The notes under the pieces: model-generated
Told to the model about the DNA's origin: nothing
The model's database searches: none
The model's input: the letters and a program-made list of their open reading frames with translations, nothing else
Origin: Rhodothermales bacterium
GTDB lineage: Bacteria; Pseudomonadota; Gammaproteobacteria; Xanthomonadales; SZUA-36
Reading direction: 5' to 3'
DNA: 64,000 bases
Assembly (NCBI GenBank): GCA_047614505.1
Contig: JBLHGQ010000002.1
Location: forward strand, 9,818 to 73,817
Shown: one piece after another, positions 25,709 through 35,191 of the stretch
Position numbering within the stretch: the stretch's first letter is position 1
Layout of the letters: every line of letters begins with the position of its first letter
Position numbers and translations under genes: made by a program

Positions 25709-27598
25709 TCAGGCAACTTGACGGGTTTTGGCCTGCTTTTTTAGGTGAACCAGCAATAAGGAGATCGCTGCCGGGGTCATTCCGGGGATGCGCGAAGCCT
25801 GACCGATGGTTTCCGGCCTGATTTTTTGTAGCTTTTCACTAAGCTCTATCGACAAGCCGCGAACTACGACATAGTCAAACTCGCCTGGAATGATTTTGCT
25901 TTCATTACGTCGATTGCGCTCAATTTCTCCATCCTGACGATCAAGGTAGCCAGCGTACTTAACCTGAACCTCTACCTGCTCTGCCACTTTTCGATCTGCG
26001 ACTCCGGGGCCAATTCCCTCTACTTTCATTAATGCCGCATAATCCAGTTCCGGGCGCTTTAGCAAATCAAGTGCACAAGATTCTTTGCTCAATGAAACCT
26101 CATTGGTTTCCTGTAGTGACGCACCTAAAGCATTCTCTGGTGTTAGCCAAATTGCCTTGAGGCGCTGTTGCTCTGCGCCAACGGCTTCCTGTTTGTGATT
26201 GAAGGCGTCCCATCTGGAATCATCTACCAGGCCAAGCTCCCTGCCAATAGCCGTCAGGCGAATATCAGCGTTATCTTCCCGCAATTTTAGGCGGTACTCA
26301 GCCCGGGAGGTAAACATCCGGTATGGTTCCAGTGTGCCCTGAGTGATGAGGTCATCAATCAGCACGCCGATATAGGCTTCATCTCTTTGCGGCGTCCAGC
26401 ATTCCAGACCTCTTGCCTGTCGTGCAGCGTTTAGTCCCGCGATCAAGCCTTGTGCTGCCGCTTCTTCATAGCCGGTCGTTCCATTGATCTGTCCGGCGAA
26501 AAACAGCCCTTTTACAGGCTTGGTCTCAAGACTGGCTTTGAGCCCGCGTGGATCGAAGAAGTCATATTCGATGGCATAGCCAGGTCGCGTGATATGTGCG
26601 TTTTCAAACCCAACAATGGAATGGACGAATTCGAGCTGTACGTCATAGGGCAAACTAGTTGAAATGCCGTTCGGATAAAGCTCCCGCGTGTGCAGCCCTT
26701 CGGGTTCGATGAAAATCTGATGTGCGTCCCGGTCTGCGAATCGCACGATTTTGTCTTCTATTGAAGGACAATACCGGGGCCCGGTTCCTTCGATGCTACC
26801 TGAGTACATCGGGGAACGGTGCAAAGCATTACGAATCAACTCATGTGTGCGCTTATTGGTGTGGGTAATCCAGCAACAGACCTGTTCCGGGTGATCGGCA
26901 GCCGATCCCAGGTAGGAAAATACCGGTACAGGTGTATCACCTGGTTGTTGTTCTAGTGCGTCAAAATTAACTGATTTGCCGTCAATACGTGGCGGAGTAC
27001 CGGTTTTCAGCCTGCCAACATTAAAAGGCATCTCGCGTAATCTGGCTGCCAAGGAATTTGACGGCGGGTCACCTGCCCGTCCACCAGCGTATTGGGTTTC
27101 ACCAACATGAATCTTTCCACCCAGAAAAGTCCCCGTCGTCAGAACCAGTTGCCCTGCATAAAACTCCTGACCCATGCGGGTTCTGCAACCGATAATCCTG
27201 TCACCTTGCAATAACAGGTCGTCTACAGCCTGCTGAAAAATGCTCAGGCCGGCCTGGTTTTCAACCGTGTGACGAATGAAAGCCCGGTACAGGTTGCGGT
27301 CACATTGAGCGCGCGTTGCCCGAACTGCCGGGCCCTTTCGTGAATTGAGAGTACGTAATTGAATACCTGCAGCATCAGCAGCCTTTGCCATTACGCCGCC
27401 TAGCGCGTCAATTTCTTTGACCAGGTGACCTTTGCCGATTCCGCCAATGGCCGGATTACAACTCATCTGCCCGATGGTTTCTACACTGTGCGTTAGCAAT
27501 AGTGTTCGCGCACCTGCCCGTGCCGATGCTAATGCGGCTTCGGTACCTGCGTGCCCGCCACCAATAATGATGACATCGAATGAATTGCTATCTCGCAT
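25709..27598 (-). CDS. mnmG: tRNA uridine 5-carboxymethylaminomethyl modification enzyme MnmG (GidA)
   Basis: 629 aa. [19 protein letters not shown] motif and full-length GidA-like sequence ([26 protein letters not shown]). Confidence 0.95.
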   Translation of the reverse strand: MRDSNSFDVIIIGGGHAGTEAALASARAGARTLLLTHSVETIGQMSCNPAIGGIGKGHLVKEIDALGGVMAKAADAAGIQLRTLNSRKGPAVRATRAQCDRNLYRAFIRHTVENQAGLSIFQQAVDDLLLQGDRIIGCRTRMGQEFYAGQLVLTTGTFLGGKIHVGETQYAGGRAGDPPSNSLAARLREMPFNVGRLKTGTPPRIDGKSVNFDALEQQPGDTPVPVFSYLGSAADHPEQVCCWITHTNKRTHELIRNALHRSPMYSGSIEGTGPRYCPSIEDKIVRFADRDAHQIFIEPEGLHTRELYPNGISTSLPYDVQLEFVHSIVGFENAHITRPGYAIEYDFFDPRGLKASLETKPVKGLFFAGQINGTTGYEEAAAQGLIAGLNAARQARGLECWTPQRDEAYIGVLIDDLITQGTLEPYRMFTSRAEYRLKLREDNADIRLTAIGRELGLVDDSRWDAFNHKQEAVGAEQQRLKAIWLTPENALGASLQETNEVSLSKESCALDLLKRPELDYAALMKVEGIGPGVADRKVAEQVEVQVKYAGYLDRQDGEIERNRRNESKIIPGEFDYVVVRGLSIELSEKLQKIRPETIGQASRIPGMTPAAISLLLVHLKKQAKTRQVA

Positions 27599-27657
27599 CT
27601 AAATTCAAATATGCCTGAACGGATACGCATTGTACTGAAATAAAAGAGAAAACGGTA

Positions 27658-30006
27658 TCAAAGAGCCTGCTGGATTTCCCCGGCAAGCTCCAGAGCTCTT
27701 TTATAGTAAAAGTAATCAGGATCAGCATCCTTCCAGATGGCGAGTGCGTAATTGACTGATGCCAGCGCTAACTGGTGCATGCCTGACTCAAACTGAAAGT
27801 GGGATTTGACCAACCACAATGTTGGCTCAGACGGATCCTGTTCAAGTCCGTTTTCCAAAGTGTTTTGTGCTTCATCAAGATCGCCATTCAATATCTGGGA
27901 CAGGGCCAAGGTTGCGATCAAAGGCGGCAGGATCAAATTGCCATCCGCGCCTACCAGTACTGAATGTTCTATACGGCTTAGCGCGGATTTGAAGGCCACT
28001 ATCGAACCTTCATAATCACCACGTTCGCGAAGAATGAAACCATTGAGCAAGTCCGTCTGAAATCTCAACTCCTCCAGCTTGAATTGATCAATGATTGCAT
28101 TGCCGCGATTCACAGCCTCGTCTGCCGCGTCCAATTCTCCTTCTACAGTCAGAATTGCTGCTTCACTAAAGGCCATAAACTGGTCAAGTGGCGGCTGCAC
28201 CATCGTTAATGATGTGTTGAAGGCGATTCGTGCATTTTCTGTGTCTCCCAGATCCAGATAATATCGAACCATGGGTGCATATACTGACAGTGCGATTTGG
28301 AATGGCGGCAAGGTTTCTGCAAGAAACTCACCCATGCGATTTAATTGCTCAATGGCCGCATGCATTTGACCCAGCCTGCTTTCAATATAAACTGCGGCAC
28401 CGCGAACCTGGGACTTCTCCTGAGACGTTTGAGCGTACGCTTCGGCCTGCTCCAACAAGCTACGTGCCTCATTCTCATTGCCTTTCCGAATTGCGATCAG
28501 AGACAGTTTCAGCGACGGAACGACCGGATTATTGTCCAGCAGGGACGCTTCCAGATAGTGCTCTTGTGCAGCTAAAAGATCTCCCGTGTCTCGTAACATA
28601 TCACCCAGTTGCACCTGTGCATCCGCATCCTCCGGGTTTTTCGTCAAATACTGCTGAACATAGTCAATAGCACCCGGCATGTTGCCAATGCCTTTTTCAA
28701 GGATGGCCAATCGCAGGTAAATCCCAATATTCAACGCATCCTGGCTGAGCGCAGCCAGATATTCCTGTTTTGCCTCTTCAAGCTGGCCGGTAGCCATTAA
28801 CATATTGGCTAACTGATTATGCGAAACAGCATCATCCTTGAGTCGCACCTGCATCCTCAAAAAAGAAATCATTTTGTCTGTCTGACCCGACAGGCGGTAA
28901 TTGATCTGTTTTGCCAGGTCTCGCAGCTGAGTGGGCAGCCGGTAGTCGAGTTCCTGAGCTTTTTTGATTGCCTCTTGGGCATTGGGCAGGTCTCCCAAAT
29001 CCAGATGATTAATGGTTTTGAATACCCAACCTTTGGCAAACCCCGGATCAGACTCAATAGCAGAATCAAGAAAAGCATTTGAAGCTTCCAGATCATTTTC
29101 GAATAATCGTGAGTTCAGCGCGCCGACAAAATTTTGCAGCGAATCAAGTGATTCTCCGTAGGTCTCAGAAAGCGGCAGGTCTTTGACCATCTTTCCGGAG
29201 TTCGCAGGAATCTCCAGCACTTCCGAAAGTTGATTTGAGAGGCGCTCAATGGTCGCGTAAAGGTCCCAGCCTGACTCACTAAAGTCTCCTACAGATTCCA
29301 GGTTCTGAGCATTCCAGATTCTGGCGGTAATCTGGTATTCACCGGCATTTTGGTCAATAGACCCTTCAATGAAATACTGCCGGTTAGCATCTCTTGTGAT
29401 TTCACTCATCAAGGACCTTGGTACGCCAAGGCCATCTTCAAATCCGGCCTGCTTCAAGCGTATATAAAAACCGTTTCCAAAATTAGCCCAGGGGTCATTG
29501 ACAGAAACAAACGGGCTTTGGCTAAGGTCCTGTGACAGAATTTCTGTGATGCCGTATTGCAGCCAGTCCATGTCCGGGTCACCGGACTTATTCTGAAAAA
29601 AGAAAACCGTCATTCGTCGCCGGAATGATTCATTGGGAACATAGTGAGTCTCATCTATTCCCTGTTCATTGCTCACAGTAATCATATTTGCCGTAGCACT
29701 CAGATCTTTACCACCAAAAACCGAAATGAGCAGGCCGAGTGTTGCAATGATATTGATGGGTACACCCACTTTTTCAACAGTGGTTGACTGATCTTTACCG
29801 GGTTTTCCATGTGTCCAGGAAATAAGAATTACTGCAGGAATCAGGGAATACAGCCCCCAAAATGCAATGTCTGTGAAATACGGGGACAGCAGATAACGCT
29901 CGACCAGGCGGTCAATAATTTCGACAAGAACCCAGCAGCTACCAACATAAAAACCTACTGCGGGTAGCACCCGTCGGTGCCGGATTTCGTGGATAAAGTC
30001 AGCCAT
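27658..30006 (-). CDS. Membrane-anchored TPR-repeat protein (N-terminal two-TM module, alpha/beta linker domain, long TPR array)
   Basis: N-terminus FIHEIRHRRVLPAVGFYVGSCWVLVEIID... plus a second TM helix, then RMTVFFFQNKSGDPDMDWLQYGITEILSQDL, then repeated TPR-like helices. A paralogous architecture occurs at 60033..62228. Confidence 0.7.
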   Translation of the reverse strand: MADFIHEIRHRRVLPAVGFYVGSCWVLVEIIDRLVERYLLSPYFTDIAFWGLYSLIPAVILISWTHGKPGKDQSTTVEKVGVPINIIATLGLLISVFGGKDLSATANMITVSNEQGIDETHYVPNESFRRRMTVFFFQNKSGDPDMDWLQYGITEILSQDLSQSPFVSVNDPWANFGNGFYIRLKQAGFEDGLGVPRSLMSEITRDANRQYFIEGSIDQNAGEYQITARIWNAQNLESVGDFSESGWDLYATIERLSNQLSEVLEIPANSGKMVKDLPLSETYGESLDSLQNFVGALNSRLFENDLEASNAFLDSAIESDPGFAKGWVFKTINHLDLGDLPNAQEAIKKAQELDYRLPTQLRDLAKQINYRLSGQTDKMISFLRMQVRLKDDAVSHNQLANMLMATGQLEEAKQEYLAALSQDALNIGIYLRLAILEKGIGNMPGAIDYVQQYLTKNPEDADAQVQLGDMLRDTGDLLAAQEHYLEASLLDNNPVVPSLKLSLIAIRKGNENEARSLLEQAEAYAQTSQEKSQVRGAAVYIESRLGQMHAAIEQLNRMGEFLAETLPPFQIALSVYAPMVRYYLDLGDTENARIAFNTSLTMVQPPLDQFMAFSEAAILTVEGELDAADEAVNRGNAIIDQFKLEELRFQTDLLNGFILRERGDYEGSIVAFKSALSRIEHSVLVGADGNLILPPLIATLALSQILNGDLDEAQNTLENGLEQDPSEPTLWLVKSHFQFESGMHQLALASVNYALAIWKDADPDYFYYKRALELAGEIQQAL

Positions 30007-30096
30007 TCAAAAGCGCATTCCGATGGTAAAGAAAGCACTCTAGCACAGCCTAAGCTGCGCCATAGTGCCATTCGTTTGGCTTTTTAGTACTACTAT

Positions 30097-31572
30097 CTAA
30101 CGTCGTTTTTCGCTATTGGAGCGCTCTGTAACCCTCGCAGAAGGTTTTGCTGACGAGGAGGAGCGGCCCCTGTTTGAACTGCCCTTGGCCGCCGCTGGCC
30201 GAGGTGCGTTTTGCCGTGCTTGCTGGGGAGGTCTTTGTGCCTGCCTCACCGGCGCTGCACGAGGTGCACTTCTCTGCACTTGCGGGGAAGGTCTTTGTGC
30301 CTGCCTCACCGGCGCTGCACGAGGTGCATTTCTCTGCACTTGCGGGGAAGGTCTTTGGACTGAAGACTGACGGGAAGGAGTCTGGACGACTTGAGGCCTT
30401 GTTGATGGCATCCGAATGGGCTGAGTATTGCTGGACCTGTTTTTGGTATCCGCCCTTGAACGAATGGTCGAGTTTGAGCTGCGGGAAGAAACAATTCGAC
30501 TTGGACCGGAAGATCCTGATACAGAACCGGTTGTCACGCCGGAAGATGGCTGTGATACGACCGGTGAGCGGCTTGTTCCACGCTCTTTGCCCGCTGTATA
30601 ACTTCTGATTTCACCGGCACTGGTGCGTGAACCTGTCGTGTTGCTTCTGCGTGATGCAACCGGACTTGCTGCAACCCTGGTTGACGGCGACAAGCGAACC
30701 TCAGGCTTTTTTGGTTCCATTCGCGTTTTTCCAGGTTTATTGCCTTCGCGACTACGAATTTCCATTCCACGAGTTGAATTTCGACCGCCTGGTGCATTGG
30801 AAACCTGCTGAGCGACGGTTGCTCGACTTCCCCTGCCTGGAGTTCCCGGACCGGGTGATGCTGCATTTGCCGGAATCCGGCCATCCTCACCGTTTCTGCG
30901 ATTACGACCCCTGTCAGGATCGCTGCTTGCAAATCTTCCTTCATCCCGAGCTGAACCATGGTCACGATTAAAGTCGGCGGTACCGGAATTATTACCATAC
31001 CCCCGGTTTCCATCCTGATTCCGGCCACTATCGTTGTGTCTATTACCTTGTGAATAACGATCATGATTTCCGTGGTTGGATTGATGATGGCGATTGTATT
31101 TATGCCGCCAGTAGTAGTCATTCCAGCCGTATCGGTTGTAGCCATAATCATTATAAGGCGAGTACCACAAGGAATAACTGAATGGGGAGTAGTAAGCGTA
31201 TGAGAGTGGATAGATATGCCAGTACGGGTCATACCATCTGGATTGATAGCCGTAGTTGTAGTTAATGCCTAAAGAAAAACCGTTGTGGCTGTGCCTGGAC
31301 CCAAGGTAAAAATAGTCCATTGACCACCAGGGGTAATAATCAGCACCAGCATAACTGGCTGAATAATCTGTATATTCAGGATACTGTTCTGTGTAATACG
31401 TTTCCTCCGCCGGCACAGAAACGACGGTGGATTCTCCAATATAGGCCACTTCTTCAACCGGAGCCGGTGTGGCAACTGTTTCAACTATGTATGCTGTTTC
31501 TGGAGCCGGGTAATAGTAGGAAACGCACGCTGAAAGCAATACGGGAAGTGGGATTAGCATCAGTTTTTTCAT
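30097..31572 (-). CDS. Low-complexity lipoprotein of unknown function (Tyr/Trp-rich zone plus a strongly basic Arg/Ser/Pro-rich disordered tail)
   Basis: ATG 31572 gives MKKLMLIPLPVLLSAC (lipobox). The frame is open for 491 codons. See the findings for composition. The track ORF extends to 31656. Confidence 0.6.
   Translation of the reverse strand: MKKLMLIPLPVLLSACVSYYYPAPETAYIVETVATPAPVEEVAYIGESTVVSVPAEETYYTEQYPEYTDYSASYAGADYYPWWSMDYFYLGSRHSHNGFSLGINYNYGYQSRWYDPYWHIYPLSYAYYSPFSYSLWYSPYNDYGYNRYGWNDYYWRHKYNRHHQSNHGNHDRYSQGNRHNDSGRNQDGNRGYGNNSGTADFNRDHGSARDEGRFASSDPDRGRNRRNGEDGRIPANAASPGPGTPGRGSRATVAQQVSNAPGGRNSTRGMEIRSREGNKPGKTRMEPKKPEVRLSPSTRVAASPVASRRSNTTGSRTSAGEIRSYTAGKERGTSRSPVVSQPSSGVTTGSVSGSSGPSRIVSSRSSNSTIRSRADTKNRSSNTQPIRMPSTRPQVVQTPSRQSSVQRPSPQVQRNAPRAAPVRQAQRPSPQVQRSAPRAAPVRQAQRPPQQARQNAPRPAAAKGSSNRGRSSSSAKPSARVTERSNSEKRR
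30181..30360. repeat. Three tandem 60-bp units inside the lipoprotein CDS (20-aa repeat RPSPQVQR(N/S)APRAAPVRQAQ)
   Basis: Units 30241..30300 and 30301..30360 differ at 3 of 60 positions. Unit 30181..30240 is a diverged copy. The period equals 20 codons, in frame. Confidence 0.9.
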
Positions 31573-31767
31573 GTTCGCACCTTTACCGGGATTTGTACCA
31601 TTTCGAGCAAAGAATACCATGCGGTAAGTGAACCAAGGCTGAACAAGAGCGGTCAACTCCTGTTATATCCGGGCTTCTTTTACTTCGAACAGAATCAGCA
31701 AAGATGGTTCAAGTCCGGCATTGGGATAGAATGGAGTTCTGATTTAAAAAGCGGGAACATTCAAAAG

Positions 31768-31977
31768 ATGGCCAGTAATGTTTACGAACTACAAGGTTAT
31801 TCAATCGCATTAAAGCACATCGCTTTTGTAACACGAATTTTCAAAGCTGAAGGCGAAGAAGGCTACCAATTCAATATACGCTTTGGAGACGAGCTCCGAC
31901 TGGGCCCGCAATTTCCAACTCGACATGACGCTGAGTTGGCGCGGGAATTATTGGTCAAGGCAATGAAAACTGTTTAG
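31768..31977 (+). CDS. Hypothetical small protein (69 aa)
   Basis: ORF with balanced, non-repetitive composition, divergent from the lipoprotein gene. I recognise no motif. Confidence 0.35.
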   Translation: MASNVYELQGYSIALKHIAFVTRIFKAEGEEGYQFNIRFGDELRLGPQFPTRHDAELARELLVKAMKTV

Positions 31978-32047
31978 CCCGCATATTTCATTAAGCATTC
32001 GGAATTTACAGAGTAGCTGGTAATATTTGCGGGGTAGAGCCTTTTTG

Positions 32048-32455
32048 CTATTGTATGAGTCTGGTAGGTGCAAGACCCTGTGCGGTAATAATGACCTCTA
32101 CCGTTGCTGGTTTCGTAGGATCAATGCGGTCCGATTGTTCTACAGTAAATTCTCCAGTCGACCATTCAGTCCCCCCCTGTTTCCACTTGATTTCAATTTG
32201 ATTGCCCTGATACTGGCGCAATGGAAAAGTTGTTGCACACTGACCACGCATTGGAATATTTCCGCAACTGATGAACTCACCGGTCTGGGTGACCAACAGC
32301 ATTACCTCACTAAGCAGACTGAATGATTCGTTCTGAATTCTCAGCCCTTTGATTTCAATTCCTGCTGTCTGCATTTCAGTTTTTAAGCTGGGTTTAAGCG
32401 CACAGGCAAACAAGAAAATTGCTGATAGAGAAGCCATAGGCAGAGCTTTGCTCAT
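32048..32455 (-). CDS. Hypothetical lipoprotein
   Basis: MSKALPMASLSAIFLFAC lipobox-like signal. It lies directly downstream of pepN on the same strand. The start is 32455 or 32491. Confidence 0.5.
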   Translation of the reverse strand: MSKALPMASLSAIFLFACALKPSLKTEMQTAGIEIKGLRIQNESFSLLSEVMLLVTQTGEFISCGNIPMRGQCATTFPLRQYQGNQIEIKWKQGGTEWSTGEFTVEQSDRIDPTKPATVEVIITAQGLAPTRLIQ

Positions 32456-32490
32456 GACAAACACGAGCGCATGTGGCATACCTAATGTCA

Positions 32491-35130
32491 TTACCTCAGT
32501 GCGCTATTAATTATCTCACTGCTGTCAGGCGACAGACCCTGAACTGCAGCGATACGCTCAAGTTCAGCTTTCATCAAAGACATTCGCGCAGGGTCATAAC
32601 GGGTCCAGCGATTAAAAGCTGATGCCATTCTCGCGGCCACTTGTGGGTTGATAGCGTCCAGAGCAATAATCTGGTCAGCATGAAACCGGTATCCTGCTCC
32701 ATCAGGTACATGAAAACCGGTTGGATTACCCATCGAAAATGCACCGATTAGCGAACGGACCTTATTAGGGTTCTTAATACTGAATGCTGGATGATTCATC
32801 AATACTTTTACCCGCTCAACTGTGTCACGTGCTGGTTTCATTGCCTGCATAGCAAACCATTTGTCCATCACTAAGGGATCGTTTTTCCATTTTTGTTCAA
32901 ACGCCTCAATGGCCTCATCAGAAAATGAGGAAGCTTCAAGAATCAGCCCTTTCAAACCAGCTAGAGAGTCAGTCATATTGTCGCTATTGAAAAACTGCTC
33001 TTTTGCCAACTGTTCCCCTTCCGGCGTTTTTGCCAGGTATGACAGACAAACATTTTTCAGACTGCGCCTGGCCATTGCTTTTGGCGATTTGCTGTATACC
33101 CGATTAATGTTCAATTGATCATAACGCTCACGAAACTGAGCTGAAAGCGCATTGGCAAGGCTGGTGCGAATAAATTGGCGAGCTTCATGTATCCCATCAA
33201 CATCGACGATATCCATCTGCTCTGCAAGATAATCCTCGCCCGGTAGAATCATCGTTTCCGCCAACAAAGCCGGATCTGCCTCTCGATCCGCAAGCAGCCC
33301 TGAAAATGCCGACTGCAATCCGGGCTCAAGCCGCATTTCCTGCCCAAGCGCCCTGTTTCGCACTTGCTCAAGAATACACATTTGGGCAAGCTGCTGAGCG
33401 GCCTCCCAACGTGTAAAGGTATCTGAGTCGTGAGCAATCAGGTGACTCAATTGCTGAATTGTCCACGGATAGTGGATCTTGACCGGCGCGGAGAAATCTC
33501 TTAGTAATGAGGGCACAACGCCTTTTTTGACATTAATAAAAGTGAAACTCTGATTTTCCTGTTCGAGAAGCAATACCCTGGTGTTTGCACCGGCGTGCGA
33601 TTCGCCCTTGAATTGAAGAGGAACCCCGAAACCGTCCTGGTTGATCAAGCCCATCGAAAATGGAATCACGAGAGCTACCTTTTCCGCCTGATCGTGACTG
33701 GGAGGAGTTAATTGGCTTAAGTTTATGTGATATTCGCCACTGGCCTCATCATGCCTGGTCGCCACTGTGAGTTCTGGCGTACCCGACTGGCTATACCATT
33801 GCGAAAACTTGCTTAAATCAATGTCATTGGCATCTGACATTGCGGCCAAAAAGTGATCACAACTTACCGCCTGACCGTCATGGCGCTTAAAGTACAGCCG
33901 CATGCCCTTTTGGAAACCCGCTTCCCCGAGCAAGGTGTGATACATACGAATAATGGTCGCACCTTTTTGGTACACGGTTGATGTATAGAAATTGTTGATT
34001 TCGATGTAGCGATCCGGCCGGATAGGATGAGCCATTGGGCCCGCATCTTCTGGGAATTGCCGGTCTCTGAGGTCGCGGACATCCTGAATCCGTTTCACTG
34101 CCCTAGATTGCATGTCGGCGGAAAATTCCTCATCACGAAAAACTGTCAAGCCTTCCTTCAAAGTCAGCTGGAACCAGTCCTGGCACGTGACGCGGTTACC
34201 GGTCCAGTTATGAAAGTACTCATGTCCGATAACACCCTCAATTCCCTGATAATCAGCATCAGTTGCAGTATCCGGACGGGCAAGTACATATTTTGAATTG
34301 AAAATGTTGAGAGATTTATTCTCCATTGCGCCCATGTTGAAATCATTGGTAGCAACAATGTTGTAGATGTTCAGGTCGTATTCAAGACTAAACCGGTCCT
34401 CGTCCCATTTCATTGCATTAATGAGGGACTCCATGGCGTGCTCGCAACGGTCGATATTTTCGGCTTCTACATACACCCTTAAAGTCACATTGCGGCCACT
34501 GCGGGTCAAAAAATGGTCTTCAATATGTGCCAGGTCACCCGCCACAAGGGCAAACAAATAAGAGGGTTTCGGAAACGGATCTTCCCATCTTATCCAGTGA
34601 CGCCCGTTGTCAGAATTTCCTGAATCTGCTGCATTACCATTGGATAACAACACTGGGTAGCGATTGGCATCAGCTTCGATAAATACACTGAACCGACTCA
34701 TCACATCCGGACGATCAGGAAACCAGGTGATTTTACGAAACCCTTCAGCCTCACATTGTGTGAGAAGAAAATCACCTGATTGATACAGCCCTTCCAATGC
34801 AGTGTTTTTCGACGGATGAATGTGAACCTCGGTCTCCAGTACGCAATGATCAGGTACAGAATAGATACGCATGGACTCGCCTGAAATCTCATATTCTGAT
34901 AGTTCCAGTGCTCTCCCATCGATACAAATTGAGCGTAGTTCCAGATCTTTGCCATCAAGAATAAGATCTTGGCCCCCAGAAACCGTGTTCTTGCTATTGA
35001 GGTGCATACGGGTGTTCACACGCGTAAATGAGTCCTCTATGGAAAAACGCAATTCCACCGCCTCAATCTCCCACGGAAAGGCCGTGTAATCTTTTCGAAA
35101 AATTGCTTTGCCAGAAACAAATTTTTGCAT
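32491..35130 (-). CDS. pepN: Aminopeptidase N
   Basis: 879 aa. Contains GAMENKSLNIFNSKYVLA, HEYFHNWTGNRVT (HExxH) and LKEGLTVFRD. Confidence 0.95.
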   Translation of the reverse strand: MQKFVSGKAIFRKDYTAFPWEIEAVELRFSIEDSFTRVNTRMHLNSKNTVSGGQDLILDGKDLELRSICIDGRALELSEYEISGESMRIYSVPDHCVLETEVHIHPSKNTALEGLYQSGDFLLTQCEAEGFRKITWFPDRPDVMSRFSVFIEADANRYPVLLSNGNAADSGNSDNGRHWIRWEDPFPKPSYLFALVAGDLAHIEDHFLTRSGRNVTLRVYVEAENIDRCEHAMESLINAMKWDEDRFSLEYDLNIYNIVATNDFNMGAMENKSLNIFNSKYVLARPDTATDADYQGIEGVIGHEYFHNWTGNRVTCQDWFQLTLKEGLTVFRDEEFSADMQSRAVKRIQDVRDLRDRQFPEDAGPMAHPIRPDRYIEINNFYTSTVYQKGATIIRMYHTLLGEAGFQKGMRLYFKRHDGQAVSCDHFLAAMSDANDIDLSKFSQWYSQSGTPELTVATRHDEASGEYHINLSQLTPPSHDQAEKVALVIPFSMGLINQDGFGVPLQFKGESHAGANTRVLLLEQENQSFTFINVKKGVVPSLLRDFSAPVKIHYPWTIQQLSHLIAHDSDTFTRWEAAQQLAQMCILEQVRNRALGQEMRLEPGLQSAFSGLLADREADPALLAETMILPGEDYLAEQMDIVDVDGIHEARQFIRTSLANALSAQFRERYDQLNINRVYSKSPKAMARRSLKNVCLSYLAKTPEGEQLAKEQFFNSDNMTDSLAGLKGLILEASSFSDEAIEAFEQKWKNDPLVMDKWFAMQAMKPARDTVERVKVLMNHPAFSIKNPNKVRSLIGAFSMGNPTGFHVPDGAGYRFHADQIIALDAINPQVAARMASAFNRWTRYDPARMSLMKAELERIAAVQGLSPDSSEIINSALR

Positions 35131-35191
35131 TGCTAAAAACCCTTGTTTTAGTAGACTGTGAACCGCTCATCCGGGCCAGTATTATAGGCGC

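Noticed and set aside
30181-30360. Possible CRISPR-like array (regular 60-bp periodicity)
   Set aside because: The units are directly contiguous with no spacers, there are only three copies, they are in frame within a CDS, and there are no cas genes.
30534-31232. 232-aa same-strand alternative frame and 153-aa opposite-strand ORF (30147..30608) within the low-complexity lipoprotein gene
   Set aside because: Repetitive, compositionally biased DNA keeps several frames open. Only the 30097..31572 frame has a signal peptide/lipobox and spans the whole region.
31731-31760. Possible additional element fragments (GGAGTTCTGATTTA at about 31731; CTTAGGAAACTACTGG at about 45851)
   Set aside because: Only about 9 to 12 nt of imperfect similarity, which is within chance expectation for a 64-kb window.
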